From Sulfolobales archaeon (GTDB lineage Archaea > Thermoproteota > Thermoprotei_A > Sulfolobales > NBVN01): a DNA stretch of 64,000 nt. Below are positions 1 through 9,532 of this stretch, piece by piece. Position numbers and translations under genes: made by a program. Where the stretch lies: assembly GCA_038841535.1 (NCBI GenBank), contig JAWBTQ010000002.1, positions 64,001-128,000 on the forward strand, written 5' to 3'. The stretch's first letter is position 1. Each line of letters begins with the position of its first letter. The notes below the pieces were generated by a model that had not been told where the DNA came from, ran no database searches, and was given only the letters and a program-made list of their open reading frames with translations.

Positions 1-93
1 ATTATGTGCAACCACTAGTAAGCAGCGTTGTTAGAATAGACCTGCGGTATTCTGTTCAGGAAACGACTCTACTTGCTTAATACAGCTTACGCT

Positions 94-912
94 TTAGCTG
101 GGCGTGGAGCAATGTATTCGTTGGAGGAATTCTCTCAAGATATCTGAGCACAGCTTCTCTATTGATAGTATAAAGTACGAGTTCTCGGAGTAGTCAAAGA
201 CAGAGGCACCCGTTCTCTCCGCGGCTGACACCTTTGGGTCGAACGGTATTACGACTCGAATATCGAGACCGGACTCTCCCGCTAGTCTAGAGAACTCCTC
301 AGCTTCTCTGTAGTCGATTACCTTGTTTAAAATACCCCAAATTTTCTTTACCCCCAGCTCTCTAGCGTAGCTAGCTATCTTTATCGCTACATCTAGGGAC
401 TTCCGAGTTGGCTCTACTACCACTAAAAGTAAGTTAACGCTTCTGACCGTAGCTCTACTGAAGGGCTCTAGTCCAGCTTCAGTGTCTACCACAACTACCT
501 CATCCCTCTCTAGTACCACGTGGTCGAGGAGCGCTCTAATAAGAGCATTCTGCGGGCACATACACCCAGCACCAGCGCTTGGAGCTCCCACGGTTAGTAG
601 CCTTACTCCATCTGGCCCCATAATCGAGTGCTTTTCCGGGATGTCATCGACTCTGGGGTTAAGGGAGAACATGGCTCCCCACCCCCCCGGTCTAGCCCCG
701 GTCTTCTCTTCGACTAGAGCTTCATTCATCGACACGGGCGTCGGGAGCTTCTCAGCCCTTATGCCGAGAGTCACGTGAAGGTTTGGATTTGAGTCAGCGT
801 CTATAGCCAAGACCTTGAACCCCTTCCTAGCCAGAAGCCTAGCCAGTGTGCCAGCCACTAAAGTCTTGCCTACTCCCCCCTTTCCGGAGACAGCTATCTT
901 TAGTCCCGTCAC
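94..912 (-). CDS. cooC: CO dehydrogenase nickel-insertion ATPase (CooC/AcsF family)
   Basis: Deviant Walker A GKGGVGKT, DADSNPNL, Ni-binding GCMCP and DTEAGLE motifs. Confidence 0.9.
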   Translation of the reverse strand: MTGLKIAVSGKGGVGKTLVAGTLARLLARKGFKVLAIDADSNPNLHVTLGIRAEKLPTPVSMNEALVEEKTGARPGGWGAMFSLNPRVDDIPEKHSIMGPDGVRLLTVGAPSAGAGCMCPQNALIRALLDHVVLERDEVVVVDTEAGLEPFSRATVRSVNLLLVVVEPTRKSLDVAIKIASYARELGVKKIWGILNKVIDYREAEEFSRLAGESGLDIRVVIPFDPKVSAAERTGASVFDYSENSYFILSIEKLCSDILREFLQRIHCSTPS

Positions 913-983
913 GAAAGCCTGGCCCAGCGTATACCAGTCTCTGTATATATAAATTCGGAGGTAGTTACGATAGGGTGGAACAT

Positions 984-1169
984 ATGTGTGAGTTCAAAGT
1001 TTTCCTAGATGGCGAGTTAGTCTTTGAAGACGTTATATATGCTCGCATTGAAGGAGAAAGACTTATTCTTAAGAACGTGCTGGGAGTGAGCAAGGTTCTA
1101 GAGGGTTGTGCGATAGTAGAAGTTAACGTAGCTCAGGAGAGGCTCACCCTCTCGAGGTTAAAGAGCTAG
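984..1169 (+). CDS. cooT: CooT family nickel-binding protein, 61 aa (true start ATG 984 inside ORF 846..1169)
   Basis: N-terminal MCE with Cys2, ED(V)...G...I.EV pattern, GGGTGG RBS upstream, divergent from cooC. Confidence 0.8.
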   Translation: MCEFKVFLDGELVFEDVIYARIEGERLILKNVLGVSKVLEGCAIVEVNVAQERLTLSRLKS

Positions 1170-1287
1170 CTCAAGTACCTCTGAGGCGTATCCTTGCGGT
1201 CTCCTGCTAGGACTGATATGTAATAAAAACACAAACATTTTAAACTTTGTTGAGTGAGTCGAGTTGGTGGATTAACTGAGTCATGTA

Positions 1288-1764
1288 GTGCTCAACTTTC
1301 TCTATAGATTGAAGATGATGTCTGCTGGACGCTTTAGAGTCCGGGGATTATTCCAAAAGTTCTTGGAGCTAGCAGTTAAATTTCCAGATTACTTCAGCAG
1401 GTTCTCGGAGAGATTTATTAACGATCTTCTTGGCGGTGCTAGCGCTATATCAGCGCTTAGTGAGGACATAGAGAGCAAGGTTGTTACTGGCATTCTTGAC
1501 GGTGTTCACGTAGTCCCAGTACTTAGTGAAGAGATAGAGAGTGAGGTCTTGTCTGCTCTCACTGGTTCTGAGGGAGGGCTCGTTCAGAGAATAGTCAGGT
1601 ACTCTTCGAGGACTGAAAATACGTTCACTACCAGAGCTCTATTTATCTCAATGTCTCTACAGAGGCTCCAGAGATCTCTGGAGAGGTCGCTGCTCACTTC
1701 AGCGCTGCTCTCCGGGGTAGCAACCACGCTAGCTTTACTGTTTCTCGCACTCCGCTCTATCTAG
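1288..1764 (+). CDS. Membrane-anchored protein; probably the C-terminal remnant of a NuoL/HyfB-like hydrogenase membrane subunit
   Basis: Long amphipathic helix with a 22-aa internal repeat, single C-terminal TM helix, ends 10 nt before the hydrogenase large subunit. Confidence 0.4.
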   Translation: MLNFLYRLKMMSAGRFRVRGLFQKFLELAVKFPDYFSRFSERFINDLLGGASAISALSEDIESKVVTGILDGVHVVPVLSEEIESEVLSALTGSEGGLVQRIVRYSSRTENTFTTRALFISMSLQRLQRSLERSLLTSALLSGVATTLALLFLALRSI

Positions 1765-1774
1765 GTGCATTCTT

Positions 1775-3421
1775 TTGGCTAGAGCCTCCGGTCATTTTGA
1801 GAGCTTGATCAGCGAGGTAGCTAAGCTGGGTGGAGTACTAGAGCAAGTATCTCATGGTGCTGCCTACTTTAGGGTGAGTCGAGCTAACCTGAAGCATATG
1901 GCTAAGGCTCTGTACAGTGTCGGGGCTTACTTTAAGACTTGTGTGGGGTCTGACGAGACCCTGGTTTCTGGAGGTATGGCTCTATACTACATCTTCGGTT
2001 TCGACGAAGCGGGACTTGACGTAGTTTTGAGAGCTGAGGCCCCCGTAGCAAACCCTGTCTTCCCATCGATATCCGCAGAAGTTCCCGCAGCTGAATGGTG
2101 CGAGCTCGAAGCGGGAGATATGCTTGGAGTGCGGTTTGAGAGTAAGGAGATGCGGAGGCTAGTACTGCCGGAGGACTGGCCTGCGGGAGTGTACCCGCTT
2201 AGAAAGACCTTTAAGTACAGTAGTAGACCTGCTCCTACAGCTAGACGAGAGCTCCAAGAGGTAGGAGGCCTCCCGATGGGTCCCTATCATCCAGTTCTCC
2301 ATGAGCCAGAGTACTTCGAGATATACGGTGAAGGCGAGATCGTTACCGACGTCGTCTACAGGGGTTTCCACGTCCACAGAGGTATCGAGAAGTTGGCTGA
2401 ATCTGAGCGCATGGTCTATGACGACGTGCTCTTCCTAGCTGAGAGGATATGCGGGATATGTGGCTTCGTGCACTCTTGTTGCTACGCTCTAGCGATCGAG
2501 AAGGCAGCAGACGTAGAAGTTCCTGAGAGAGCAGAGTTCATAAGGTCTCTACTCCTGGAAATCGAGAGGATACATAGTCACGTCCTCTGGCTCGGTGTAG
2601 CTGCCCACATACTGGGGTACGACGCTGGGTTCATGCATGCTTGGAGGATTAGAGAGCCGGTAATGGTTGCGGCAGAGCGTCTCACGGGGTCAAGAAAGAC
2701 TTATGGTATTAACGCGATCGGCGGGCTGAGGAGAGACGTAGATAGAGATAAGTTAGAGAAAGCAGTAAGAGACCTAAAGAGGGTTAGGAGGATGTTCTCG
2801 GAGTTTGCCGGAGTCCTCCTCAGTGTCCCGCAAGTTAGGAAGAGAGCCTCAGGTACAGGGATCTTGTTGAAGAGTATTGCGAGAGAGCTGAGCGTGGTGG
2901 GTCCTGTTGCCAGGGCGTCCGGCCTCTATAGAGATGTAAGGAAGGATTACCCGTACTTTGCTTACAAGCACGCTTCGTTTAGAGTTCCGCTCTACACCGA
3001 GGGGGACAACCTCTCCAGGCTCATGGTTAGAGTTGACGAGGTGCTCGAGAGTATCGACATAGTCGAGCAGTTAGTAGATAGACTTCCCCAGGGTAGTGTG
3101 AGAACTGATAGAGTTGAGATACCTATTCTGAGAAAGGCTGTAGCCTCCGTGGAGGCCCCGAGGGGTGAAGACGTACACTTCATAATTACCGGTTCCAGTA
3201 GACCATATAGGTGGAGGGTTAGAGCACCCACGTACCAAAACCTACCAGCTCTCAGGGCTATGCTCAAAGGTGCTCCCCTAGCAGACGCTCCGCTGACTAT
3301 AGCAAGCATAGACCCGTGCTTTTCGTGCACAGACAGAGTGATCTACTGCGATAGGCAGAGTGGGTTCTGTAAACCCCTGAGGTCGGACTTGCTAAATAAC
3401 TCTGGGGGTAGTGTAGCTTGA
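1775..3421 (+). CDS. hycE: Group 4 [NiFe]-hydrogenase large subunit, NuoC+NuoD fusion (HycE/HyfG type)
   Basis: L1 ERICGIC, L2 DPCFSCTDR with C-terminal extension, N-terminal NuoC-like domain (LVLPEDWP...PLRK), GPYHP, EAPRGE. Confidence 0.92.
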   Translation: MARASGHFESLISEVAKLGGVLEQVSHGAAYFRVSRANLKHMAKALYSVGAYFKTCVGSDETLVSGGMALYYIFGFDEAGLDVVLRAEAPVANPVFPSISAEVPAAEWCELEAGDMLGVRFESKEMRRLVLPEDWPAGVYPLRKTFKYSSRPAPTARRELQEVGGLPMGPYHPVLHEPEYFEIYGEGEIVTDVVYRGFHVHRGIEKLAESERMVYDDVLFLAERICGICGFVHSCCYALAIEKAADVEVPERAEFIRSLLLEIERIHSHVLWLGVAAHILGYDAGFMHAWRIREPVMVAAERLTGSRKTYGINAIGGLRRDVDRDKLEKAVRDLKRVRRMFSEFAGVLLSVPQVRKRASGTGILLKSIARELSVVGPVARASGLYRDVRKDYPYFAYKHASFRVPLYTEGDNLSRLMVRVDEVLESIDIVEQLVDRLPQGSVRTDRVEIPILRKAVASVEAPRGEDVHFIITGSSRPYRWRVRAPTYQNLPALRAMLKGAPLADAPLTIASIDPCFSCTDRVIYCDRQSGFCKPLRSDLLNNSGGSVA

Positions 3422-3921
3422 GCTACTTGAAGCTCCTGAAGTTAGCTCTCGAGACTGGCAGAGTGACAAGGAGGTACCCGGCCGAGGCACCAATGGTGAC
3501 AGAGAGCTTTCGCGGGTCTATAGAGATAGACCCAGAGAGGTGCTGGGGGTGTGGGGCATGCGCACTAGCCTGCCCACCCAATGCCATTAGGGTAGAGGTC
3601 GAAGACGATAATGTACGCCTTTACTACTTCCTCGGGAGGTGTATTTTCTGCGGTAAGTGCTCGGAAGTATGCCCCAAGAGGGCTATAACAATAACCAATA
3701 AGTTCGAGCATGCAGCGCTGAGAGTCGAAGACCTTGAGACCGTCATAGTAATTGATGTGGTTAAGTGCAAGGTCTGTGGTAGACCATTCGGGTCTTTAAG
3801 AGAGCTCAGAGCAGTATCAGAGGTCGCATACCTAGTTAAAAAGAGGATGGATCTATGTCCGGAGTGTAGAAGTCTCACCTTCGGGAGCGCTTTAGCGAGT
3901 GCTCGCGGTAGAAGAGCCTAG
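3418..3921 (+). CDS. hycF: Hydrogenase 2x[4Fe-4S] subunit (HycF/NuoI-like)
   Basis: CWGCGACALACP and CIFCGKCSEVCP, plus C-terminal CKVC/CPEC; 4-nt overlap with the large subunit. Confidence 0.88.
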   Translation: MSYLKLLKLALETGRVTRRYPAEAPMVTESFRGSIEIDPERCWGCGACALACPPNAIRVEVEDDNVRLYYFLGRCIFCGKCSEVCPKRAITITNKFEHAALRVEDLETVIVIDVVKCKVCGRPFGSLRELRAVSEVAYLVKKRMDLCPECRSLTFGSALASARGRRA

Positions 3922-4061
3922 GACAGCCCGTAATGCTATCCTCACACCTACGCTCTAGTGCAAACCCTTATAGCAGTTACAGGCTCTGTGGTCGGATGTC
4001 ATGTCTTTTTCACAAAAAACACTACTTACATAGAGGTTTAGATCGTGATGCGGTGAATGCT

Positions 4062-5444
4062 TTAAGACCTCCAACCGCTTCCGCTCTTGAGAGCTGTCTT
4101 CATTATCAGCAGAGCTGTATATAGGGTTAGGTTTGTCACTGTGTCTAAGGTTATGTACTCGTTAGGTGCGTGAGCCCTCCCGCCGTGGCCCGGTCCCGTG
4201 GAGATCATTGGTAGCTTCAGTACTCTAGTGAAGAGGTAGGAAGGCGCCGAGCCCGGCATCATGGGGATCAAGTAGGGCTTTAACCCCATCATTGAGTACG
4301 TCTCGACGGCTGTTCTGACTGCGGGGTGTCTGGGGTCAGTCTTACTCCACGTGTATGAGTCATGCACTCTGACTTCGACTAAGTCCTTGAGCTTGAGTTT
4401 CTCCAGGACTTCGTTTAAGTAAGAGATAGCATCCTCAGGCTCTATGTTTGGGACGAGTCTGAAGTCTAACCTCATGACGGCCTCCGCCGGCGTTATGGTC
4501 TTCGTACCGGGACCCACGTAGCCCGAGGCAAAGCCGTCTATGTTGACAGAGGGCCTGAAGAACACCCTGATGTACCAGTCCCTACCGGTTAGCAAAGTCC
4601 TGTAGACCCCGTACTCCTCCACGACTCTATTCAATGGGCAGGCCTCCATGATGTCCCCTAAGTACTTTAGGTCCTCCTCAGTAGGGGTCACTGCCTTAGA
4701 CTCTAGCCACCCGAGCTTGGGGCCAGCTAGAGGGTCTAAGAGCTCGAGGGCGACTCTAGCTAGTACTGCTACCGGATTCACTAGCCCGGAGCCAAGGCTA
4801 CTGTGCGCATCGTAGCGGCTTGTCCTAACTCTGAGTTCTACGAAGACTATCCCCTTATTTCCTAGCTCTATTGTCGGCTTCCCGGGAACATCTTCCGATG
4901 GGTAAGCGAAGTAGACAAAGTCAGAGCCTACTAACTCACCACCTTTGTCCTCAATGAACTTAGGCATCGAGAGGCTACCTATCTCCTCCTCACCCTCTAG
5001 TACAAAGACTACTTCAACCGGTATGTCGCCGGCTGCCTCCTTAACGGCCTCTACGCCGAGTAGAGAGCACATAAGTCCGGCCTTCGTGTTATAGGCTCCT
5101 CTACCCACTATCTTGCCTTCGGCAATGGTAGCCTCGAACGGTGGGTAGTCCCATTCACTGAGCGGGTCCGGGGGCTGGACATCGTACATGTTATAGATTA
5201 CGACCTTGCTTAACCCCCTGGAGCGTACTCTCCCGTACACTATCGGGTGCCCTCCGTAGCTCAGCAGCACTGCTTCACTACCTAGCTTTTCCCTTATCCA
5301 GTCTCTCAAGAATTCAGCAGTCTCCTGTATGCCCTCGCCAGTACCGGATATGCTGGGCATTCTGATGAGCCTTCGGACTTCTTCGACTAAGTAGTCTTTG
5401 CGGTTAGACACGTAGTTCTTGAGCTTAATGAGCAACTCCTCCAA
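4062..5444 (-). CDS. M20/M25/M40 family metallopeptidase (ArgE/DapE-like dipeptidase); likely start TTG ~5444
   Basis: YNMYDVQPP, GRGA, EGEEEIGS, AHAPNE motifs; last gene of the peptide ABC operon. Confidence 0.85.
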   Translation of the reverse strand: MEELLIKLKNYVSNRKDYLVEEVRRLIRMPSISGTGEGIQETAEFLRDWIREKLGSEAVLLSYGGHPIVYGRVRSRGLSKVVIYNMYDVQPPDPLSEWDYPPFEATIAEGKIVGRGAYNTKAGLMCSLLGVEAVKEAAGDIPVEVVFVLEGEEEIGSLSMPKFIEDKGGELVGSDFVYFAYPSEDVPGKPTIELGNKGIVFVELRVRTSRYDAHSSLGSGLVNPVAVLARVALELLDPLAGPKLGWLESKAVTPTEEDLKYLGDIMEACPLNRVVEEYGVYRTLLTGRDWYIRVFFRPSVNIDGFASGYVGPGTKTITPAEAVMRLDFRLVPNIEPEDAISYLNEVLEKLKLKDLVEVRVHDSYTWSKTDPRHPAVRTAVETYSMMGLKPYLIPMMPGSAPSYLFTRVLKLPMISTGPGHGGRAHAPNEYITLDTVTNLTLYTALLIMKTALKSGSGWRS

Positions 5445-5494
5445 GCTATAACCCACGAATATACCTAGGAGAGGGTTAAATACCCGTTCTCCCC

Positions 5495-6340
5495 CTAGTA
5501 CTTTCTTAGTCTCGGGTTTACTATCTCGTCTAGTGCGTAGCTTATGAACGTAACCGAAAGTACTGCTAGAACTATTCCGAGACCCGGAGGTACTACGTAC
5601 CACCAGTATCCAGCTGACATAGCTCCTATTCTGAAGGCAAACCTAAGTATCCCTCCCCAAGACGGTATCCTCGGATCTCCGAGTCCTAAGAAGCTGAGTG
5701 CTGCCTCAGCAATTATAGCATTAGAGATTTGCAGGATCATGTTCGCCACCACTAAGGGGGTCGTAGCGGGAGCGATGTGCTTAAACAGTATCCTTAGCGA
5801 GCTAGCTCCACACGCTCTGGCAGCCTCAACATGCGGGTACTCCTTTACTGAGAGAGTCTGAGACCTGACTACTCTCGCCACCGGAGGCCAAGAGAGGACG
5901 GATATTACGAAAATTACGTTAGAGATCCCTGAACCCAGAACAGCTGCGAAAATTATCATGAGGACTAGAGTAGGTATGGCGAGGAGGGCGTCAACAACTC
6001 TCATGAGTACAACGTCAAGGGGGCCGCCGAAGTAGCCTCCAACCAACCCGACTAAAGCCCCAAGCAGTGTAGAGAGAAACGCCGCCACGAAGCCAATAAA
6101 GAGAGACATCCTAGCTCCACTGAGGAAGAGAGTGAGGAGATCTCGACCTATTTCGTCACAGCCGAATGGGTGAGTAAGAGACGGCTGCTCGAACGGTTTG
6201 CACACACCGTACTGCCAGATCCCATAGGGGGAGAGGAGGGGGCCGACAACTGCGACTACTACGAGGCCCGCTAACAGGAGAGTACCGAGCCTCCCGTAAG
6301 AGTTCCTCAAGAACAGCCTCATGGTTCCCCAAGAACTCAC
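5495..6340 (-). CDS. oppC: Oligopeptide/dipeptide ABC permease (OppC/DppC)
   Basis: HPFGCDEIGRD, EAA loop (VEAARACGAS), EAALSFLGLG, NPRLR end. Confidence 0.92.
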   Translation of the reverse strand: MSSWGTMRLFLRNSYGRLGTLLLAGLVVVAVVGPLLSPYGIWQYGVCKPFEQPSLTHPFGCDEIGRDLLTLFLSGARMSLFIGFVAAFLSTLLGALVGLVGGYFGGPLDVVLMRVVDALLAIPTLVLMIIFAAVLGSGISNVIFVISVLSWPPVARVVRSQTLSVKEYPHVEAARACGASSLRILFKHIAPATTPLVVANMILQISNAIIAEAALSFLGLGDPRIPSWGGILRFAFRIGAMSAGYWWYVVPPGLGIVLAVLSVTFISYALDEIVNPRLRKY

Positions 6341-7323
6341 TTGAGCCTCACCCTGGGGTCTAGATAAGCGTAGAGTAAGTCAATTACGTAGTTCGTGACC
6401 AAGAAGGCCGCGAGTACGAGTATGAAGAACCCCTGTAGAAGCGGGTAGTCTCTAGTTGAGACAGCCTCGTACATTAGTCTACCGAGTCCCTCCCAAGAGA
6501 ACACGGTCTCAGTCATCACAGCGCCTGTGAGTACTCCAGCTAACTGCAGACCTACTATAGTTGCGAAAGGTGGGAGTGCCGCTCTGAACACGTGTCTCCT
6601 TATCACAGCGTCTTCGCTTAATCCCTTGGCCCTAGCTACGTAGACGAAGTCTTCCTGAATGAGCGACAGCATGGAGTTCCTCACTATTAGGAAGTTATAG
6701 CCTATCTGAATGAGAGTTAGGACTGCGAACGGTAAAGTCATGTGCCATGCGTAGTCAAGTACTAGGTCTAACAAACCTTCATGTACTCTCGTAGCAGTTA
6801 TGGTTCCACCAACCGGGAACAAGCGTAAATTCACTGAAAGGAGCATTATGAAAATCATACCGAGCCAGAATGTCGGTATTGAGTATGTCACTAAAGAAAA
6901 AGCAGTTAGAGAAGAGTCTAACTTAGAGCCGTACCTCCTGGCTGAGGCAAGCGCTAGTAGGAGTCCTACAGCTATTGCCGCAGCAGTAGATGAGCCTACG
7001 AGGACTAGGGTATTGGCCATTCTTCTCCCAAACATTATCTCGGTTACTGGCCTCCCGTAGTAAAGCGAATAGCCGAGCTCACCAGTGAATACGTTAACTA
7101 TGTAGACGAAGAACTGCTCGTAGAGGGGTCTATCCAGTCCAAGCCTCTGCTTGAGGAGCTCCCTAGTCTGTGGGTGTATTCTCGGGCTTTCAAGTAGGAA
7201 TGCCGTGGGGTCCCCCGGCATGGCCCTAAAGAGGAAGAAAGCTATGCTTATCAAAATAAAAAAGGATACTAGGGTTTGGAATGCTCTCGCGGCAGCATAT
7301 CTTGGCAGACCCACGTCAGCCAC
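6337..7323 (-). CDS. oppB: Oligopeptide/dipeptide ABC permease (OppB/DppB)
   Basis: MPGDP, GLDRP, ARAKGL, ETVFSWEGLG, DPRVR. Confidence 0.92.
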   Translation of the reverse strand: MADVGLPRYAAARAFQTLVSFFILISIAFFLFRAMPGDPTAFLLESPRIHPQTRELLKQRLGLDRPLYEQFFVYIVNVFTGELGYSLYYGRPVTEIMFGRRMANTLVLVGSSTAAAIAVGLLLALASARRYGSKLDSSLTAFSLVTYSIPTFWLGMIFIMLLSVNLRLFPVGGTITATRVHEGLLDLVLDYAWHMTLPFAVLTLIQIGYNFLIVRNSMLSLIQEDFVYVARAKGLSEDAVIRRHVFRAALPPFATIVGLQLAGVLTGAVMTETVFSWEGLGRLMYEAVSTRDYPLLQGFFILVLAAFLVTNYVIDLLYAYLDPRVRLK

Positions 7324-7348
7324 CTAGGTCTTACTACGCACTCACCGC

Positions 7349-9319
7349 TTACCGCATTCTCCTACCCAGGAAAAACATTAGTGCCCCTATCACAACAACG
7401 GCTAATACAGTAGCGACCACTAGCTCTGGTGGTGTGTAAGGCACCTCCACCCTAGTGGTGTAGGTCACCCCCACGGGTGCGGTTAACGTGATGGAGACTG
7501 TCTGGATCACTGTTACAGTGGTTGGTAGAGTAGGTGTCGTTATTATGGGTGGTAGTAGCTCAGTATAGGGTAGCTCTGGTGCGAGCTTCCTGAAGTTTCC
7601 ATTGATTAAAGTCCAGAAGTTTAGTGCTCCACCTGGCATGTCTACTACACCGGATAATTCTTTTCTGTATACTTGTATCCAGTACCTAACGTATATGGGC
7701 AGTATCGGCAGCTCCTCTGCTAGTATGAGTTGTAGGCGCTTGTAGAGGTCCGCTCTAGCTCCCTCGTCGGGTTCTGCTTCAGCTTTCCTCAGCATATCCT
7801 CGAACTCCTTGTTAATGAAGCCCCACGGGTTGTTCCCGCCAGGTACAGCTTGCTCCTCTACGTAAAAGGATGAGTAGTACCATGGCATGAAGTTCGCATC
7901 GTTCTCTATTATGTACAATTGGAACTTAAGCTGGTTGTAGACGTAGTCAATCATCGTGTCAAAATCTAGGGGCACGTTTTTAGCTCTAACACCTATCTTA
8001 CCTAAGTTCTCGACCAGCAGATCTCCGATTCTCACCCTAACCGGGTCGTATTCCGGTGTGTATATAGTGACCTCGAACTTCTCGCCGGTGGGAGACTCTC
8101 TCCAACCGTCCTTATCGACATCCTTGAACCCTGCCTCATCGAGGAGCTTAGACGCCATAGTGAGGTCAAAGTCGTATCTAGGGACCTCTAAGTTTACCCA
8201 GAACGTGAAACCCGGGTGGACGAACGTGTGTACTTTCTCGGCGAAGCCTAGCATTAGCGTGTTGATTATGAAGCTCTTGTCTAAAGCGTGGGCGATGGCC
8301 TTCCTAAAGTTCTTGATCCCCGTGATCGAGTCTCTCAAGTTGAATCCTATGAACCCTACGTAGACATCCGGGCTCCTTGGGACAACGAGGTTTGGATCTC
8401 GCATAGCCTCGTCCAGAACGGCGTACGGAGCAGTCCACATCATTATATGAGCATCTCCTTTCTTTACAGCTAGGTACTGTGCTTCGTCTGTTGCGTAAAC
8501 CTTGAATATGAGTCTCACAGCCCTCGGAAAGCCCGTCTTGAAGTACTGCGGATGTTTCACTAGATCTAGGAGCTCACCCTCGACCCATCTAGCCAGCATG
8601 TAGGGTCCGGACCCTATCCTAAGGTGACCGTATTTACTCACGAAGTCCTTCGTTTTTGATGAGATCTCTTTTGGTTCTACAGACTCTATCCTCCTCAATA
8701 CTTTTTCTATGTCTGATGAACTGAGTGGGTTAAAGAATGTTGGGTCGTCGAATATGTCGGCTACGTGTGCCCATATGTGCTTAGGCAGTATTATCATGTA
8801 CCCAAAGGTTCTAAGTATCCATGCGTTAAACCTTGACAGATACACTCTGACGGTATATCTATCTAGTACCTCAACCCTCTCAATAAATTCTACCGACGGG
8901 TACCATGATGGAGGCTGATGCTTCTTATAGAACTCTATGGTAAAGGCCAGGTCTTCGGACGTAATCGGGTTACCATCATGCCAATAAGCAGTCTCAACAA
9001 GCCTGAAGGTCCAGACTAAGCCTTCAGCACTGCGCTCATAGTATGAACAGAGCCACGGATGTGGGTCTAGATCTGGTCCTTCTCGAAAGAGTCTATCGTA
9101 GGTAACCAAGTTGAGCCACCAGTCATACCACGTCTCCTCCCTGAGTGGGTTAGGGTTCTTAATGTACTTCATCGAAGCCACTATGAGTGTTTCTTCTACT
9201 TGCCCTAGTAACGCAGCTGGTATCGCAGATACCACAACTATTAGTAGTAGAAGGGAGAGTGCTGTCATTTTATTGAACAACCTACCGATATCCGTTGTAA
9301 ACACCAGAAAATATTGCAT
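7349..9319 (-). CDS. oppA: Peptide ABC substrate-binding protein (family 5) with Thr-rich linker and C-terminal TM anchor
   Basis: Signal peptide, WHDGNPITSED, GSGPY, TTPTLPTTVT linker, TM helix ending in RRMR (archaeal architecture). Confidence 0.9.
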   Translation of the reverse strand: MQYFLVFTTDIGRLFNKMTALSLLLLIVVVSAIPAALLGQVEETLIVASMKYIKNPNPLREETWYDWWLNLVTYDRLFREGPDLDPHPWLCSYYERSAEGLVWTFRLVETAYWHDGNPITSEDLAFTIEFYKKHQPPSWYPSVEFIERVEVLDRYTVRVYLSRFNAWILRTFGYMIILPKHIWAHVADIFDDPTFFNPLSSSDIEKVLRRIESVEPKEISSKTKDFVSKYGHLRIGSGPYMLARWVEGELLDLVKHPQYFKTGFPRAVRLIFKVYATDEAQYLAVKKGDAHIMMWTAPYAVLDEAMRDPNLVVPRSPDVYVGFIGFNLRDSITGIKNFRKAIAHALDKSFIINTLMLGFAEKVHTFVHPGFTFWVNLEVPRYDFDLTMASKLLDEAGFKDVDKDGWRESPTGEKFEVTIYTPEYDPVRVRIGDLLVENLGKIGVRAKNVPLDFDTMIDYVYNQLKFQLYIIENDANFMPWYYSSFYVEEQAVPGGNNPWGFINKEFEDMLRKAEAEPDEGARADLYKRLQLILAEELPILPIYVRYWIQVYRKELSGVVDMPGGALNFWTLINGNFRKLAPELPYTELLPPIITTPTLPTTVTVIQTVSITLTAPVGVTYTTRVEVPYTPPELVVATVLAVVVIGALMFFLGRRMR

Positions 9320-9532
9320 TTAAAATCTTTTAAACCTTGAAATTACAAGCAGTTTCATCAAAGCTGACTAATAAGCTTGCACGAATAAATATAGGATACT
9401 AGTTGATGACAGATCTATGAGCGCTGTCGCGATCCACCGTACTGCACTATGAGGAAAGCTCTGCGTACGAGAGTGTGAAGTTAGTTGTTTGTGCTTAAAG
9501 GTACCGAAGTACAAGAACAATAGGCATGAAGC

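Noticed and set aside
3922-4040. LIAVTGSV peptide resembling a hydrogenase small-subunit motif after hycF
   Set aside because: No start codon or Cys ligands in frame; likely chance.
9404-9470. TGATGA (C-box-like) and GAGGAAAGCTC (RNase P CR-I-like)
   Set aside because: No properly spaced CTGA D boxes, and no RNase P CR-V or GC-rich helices.
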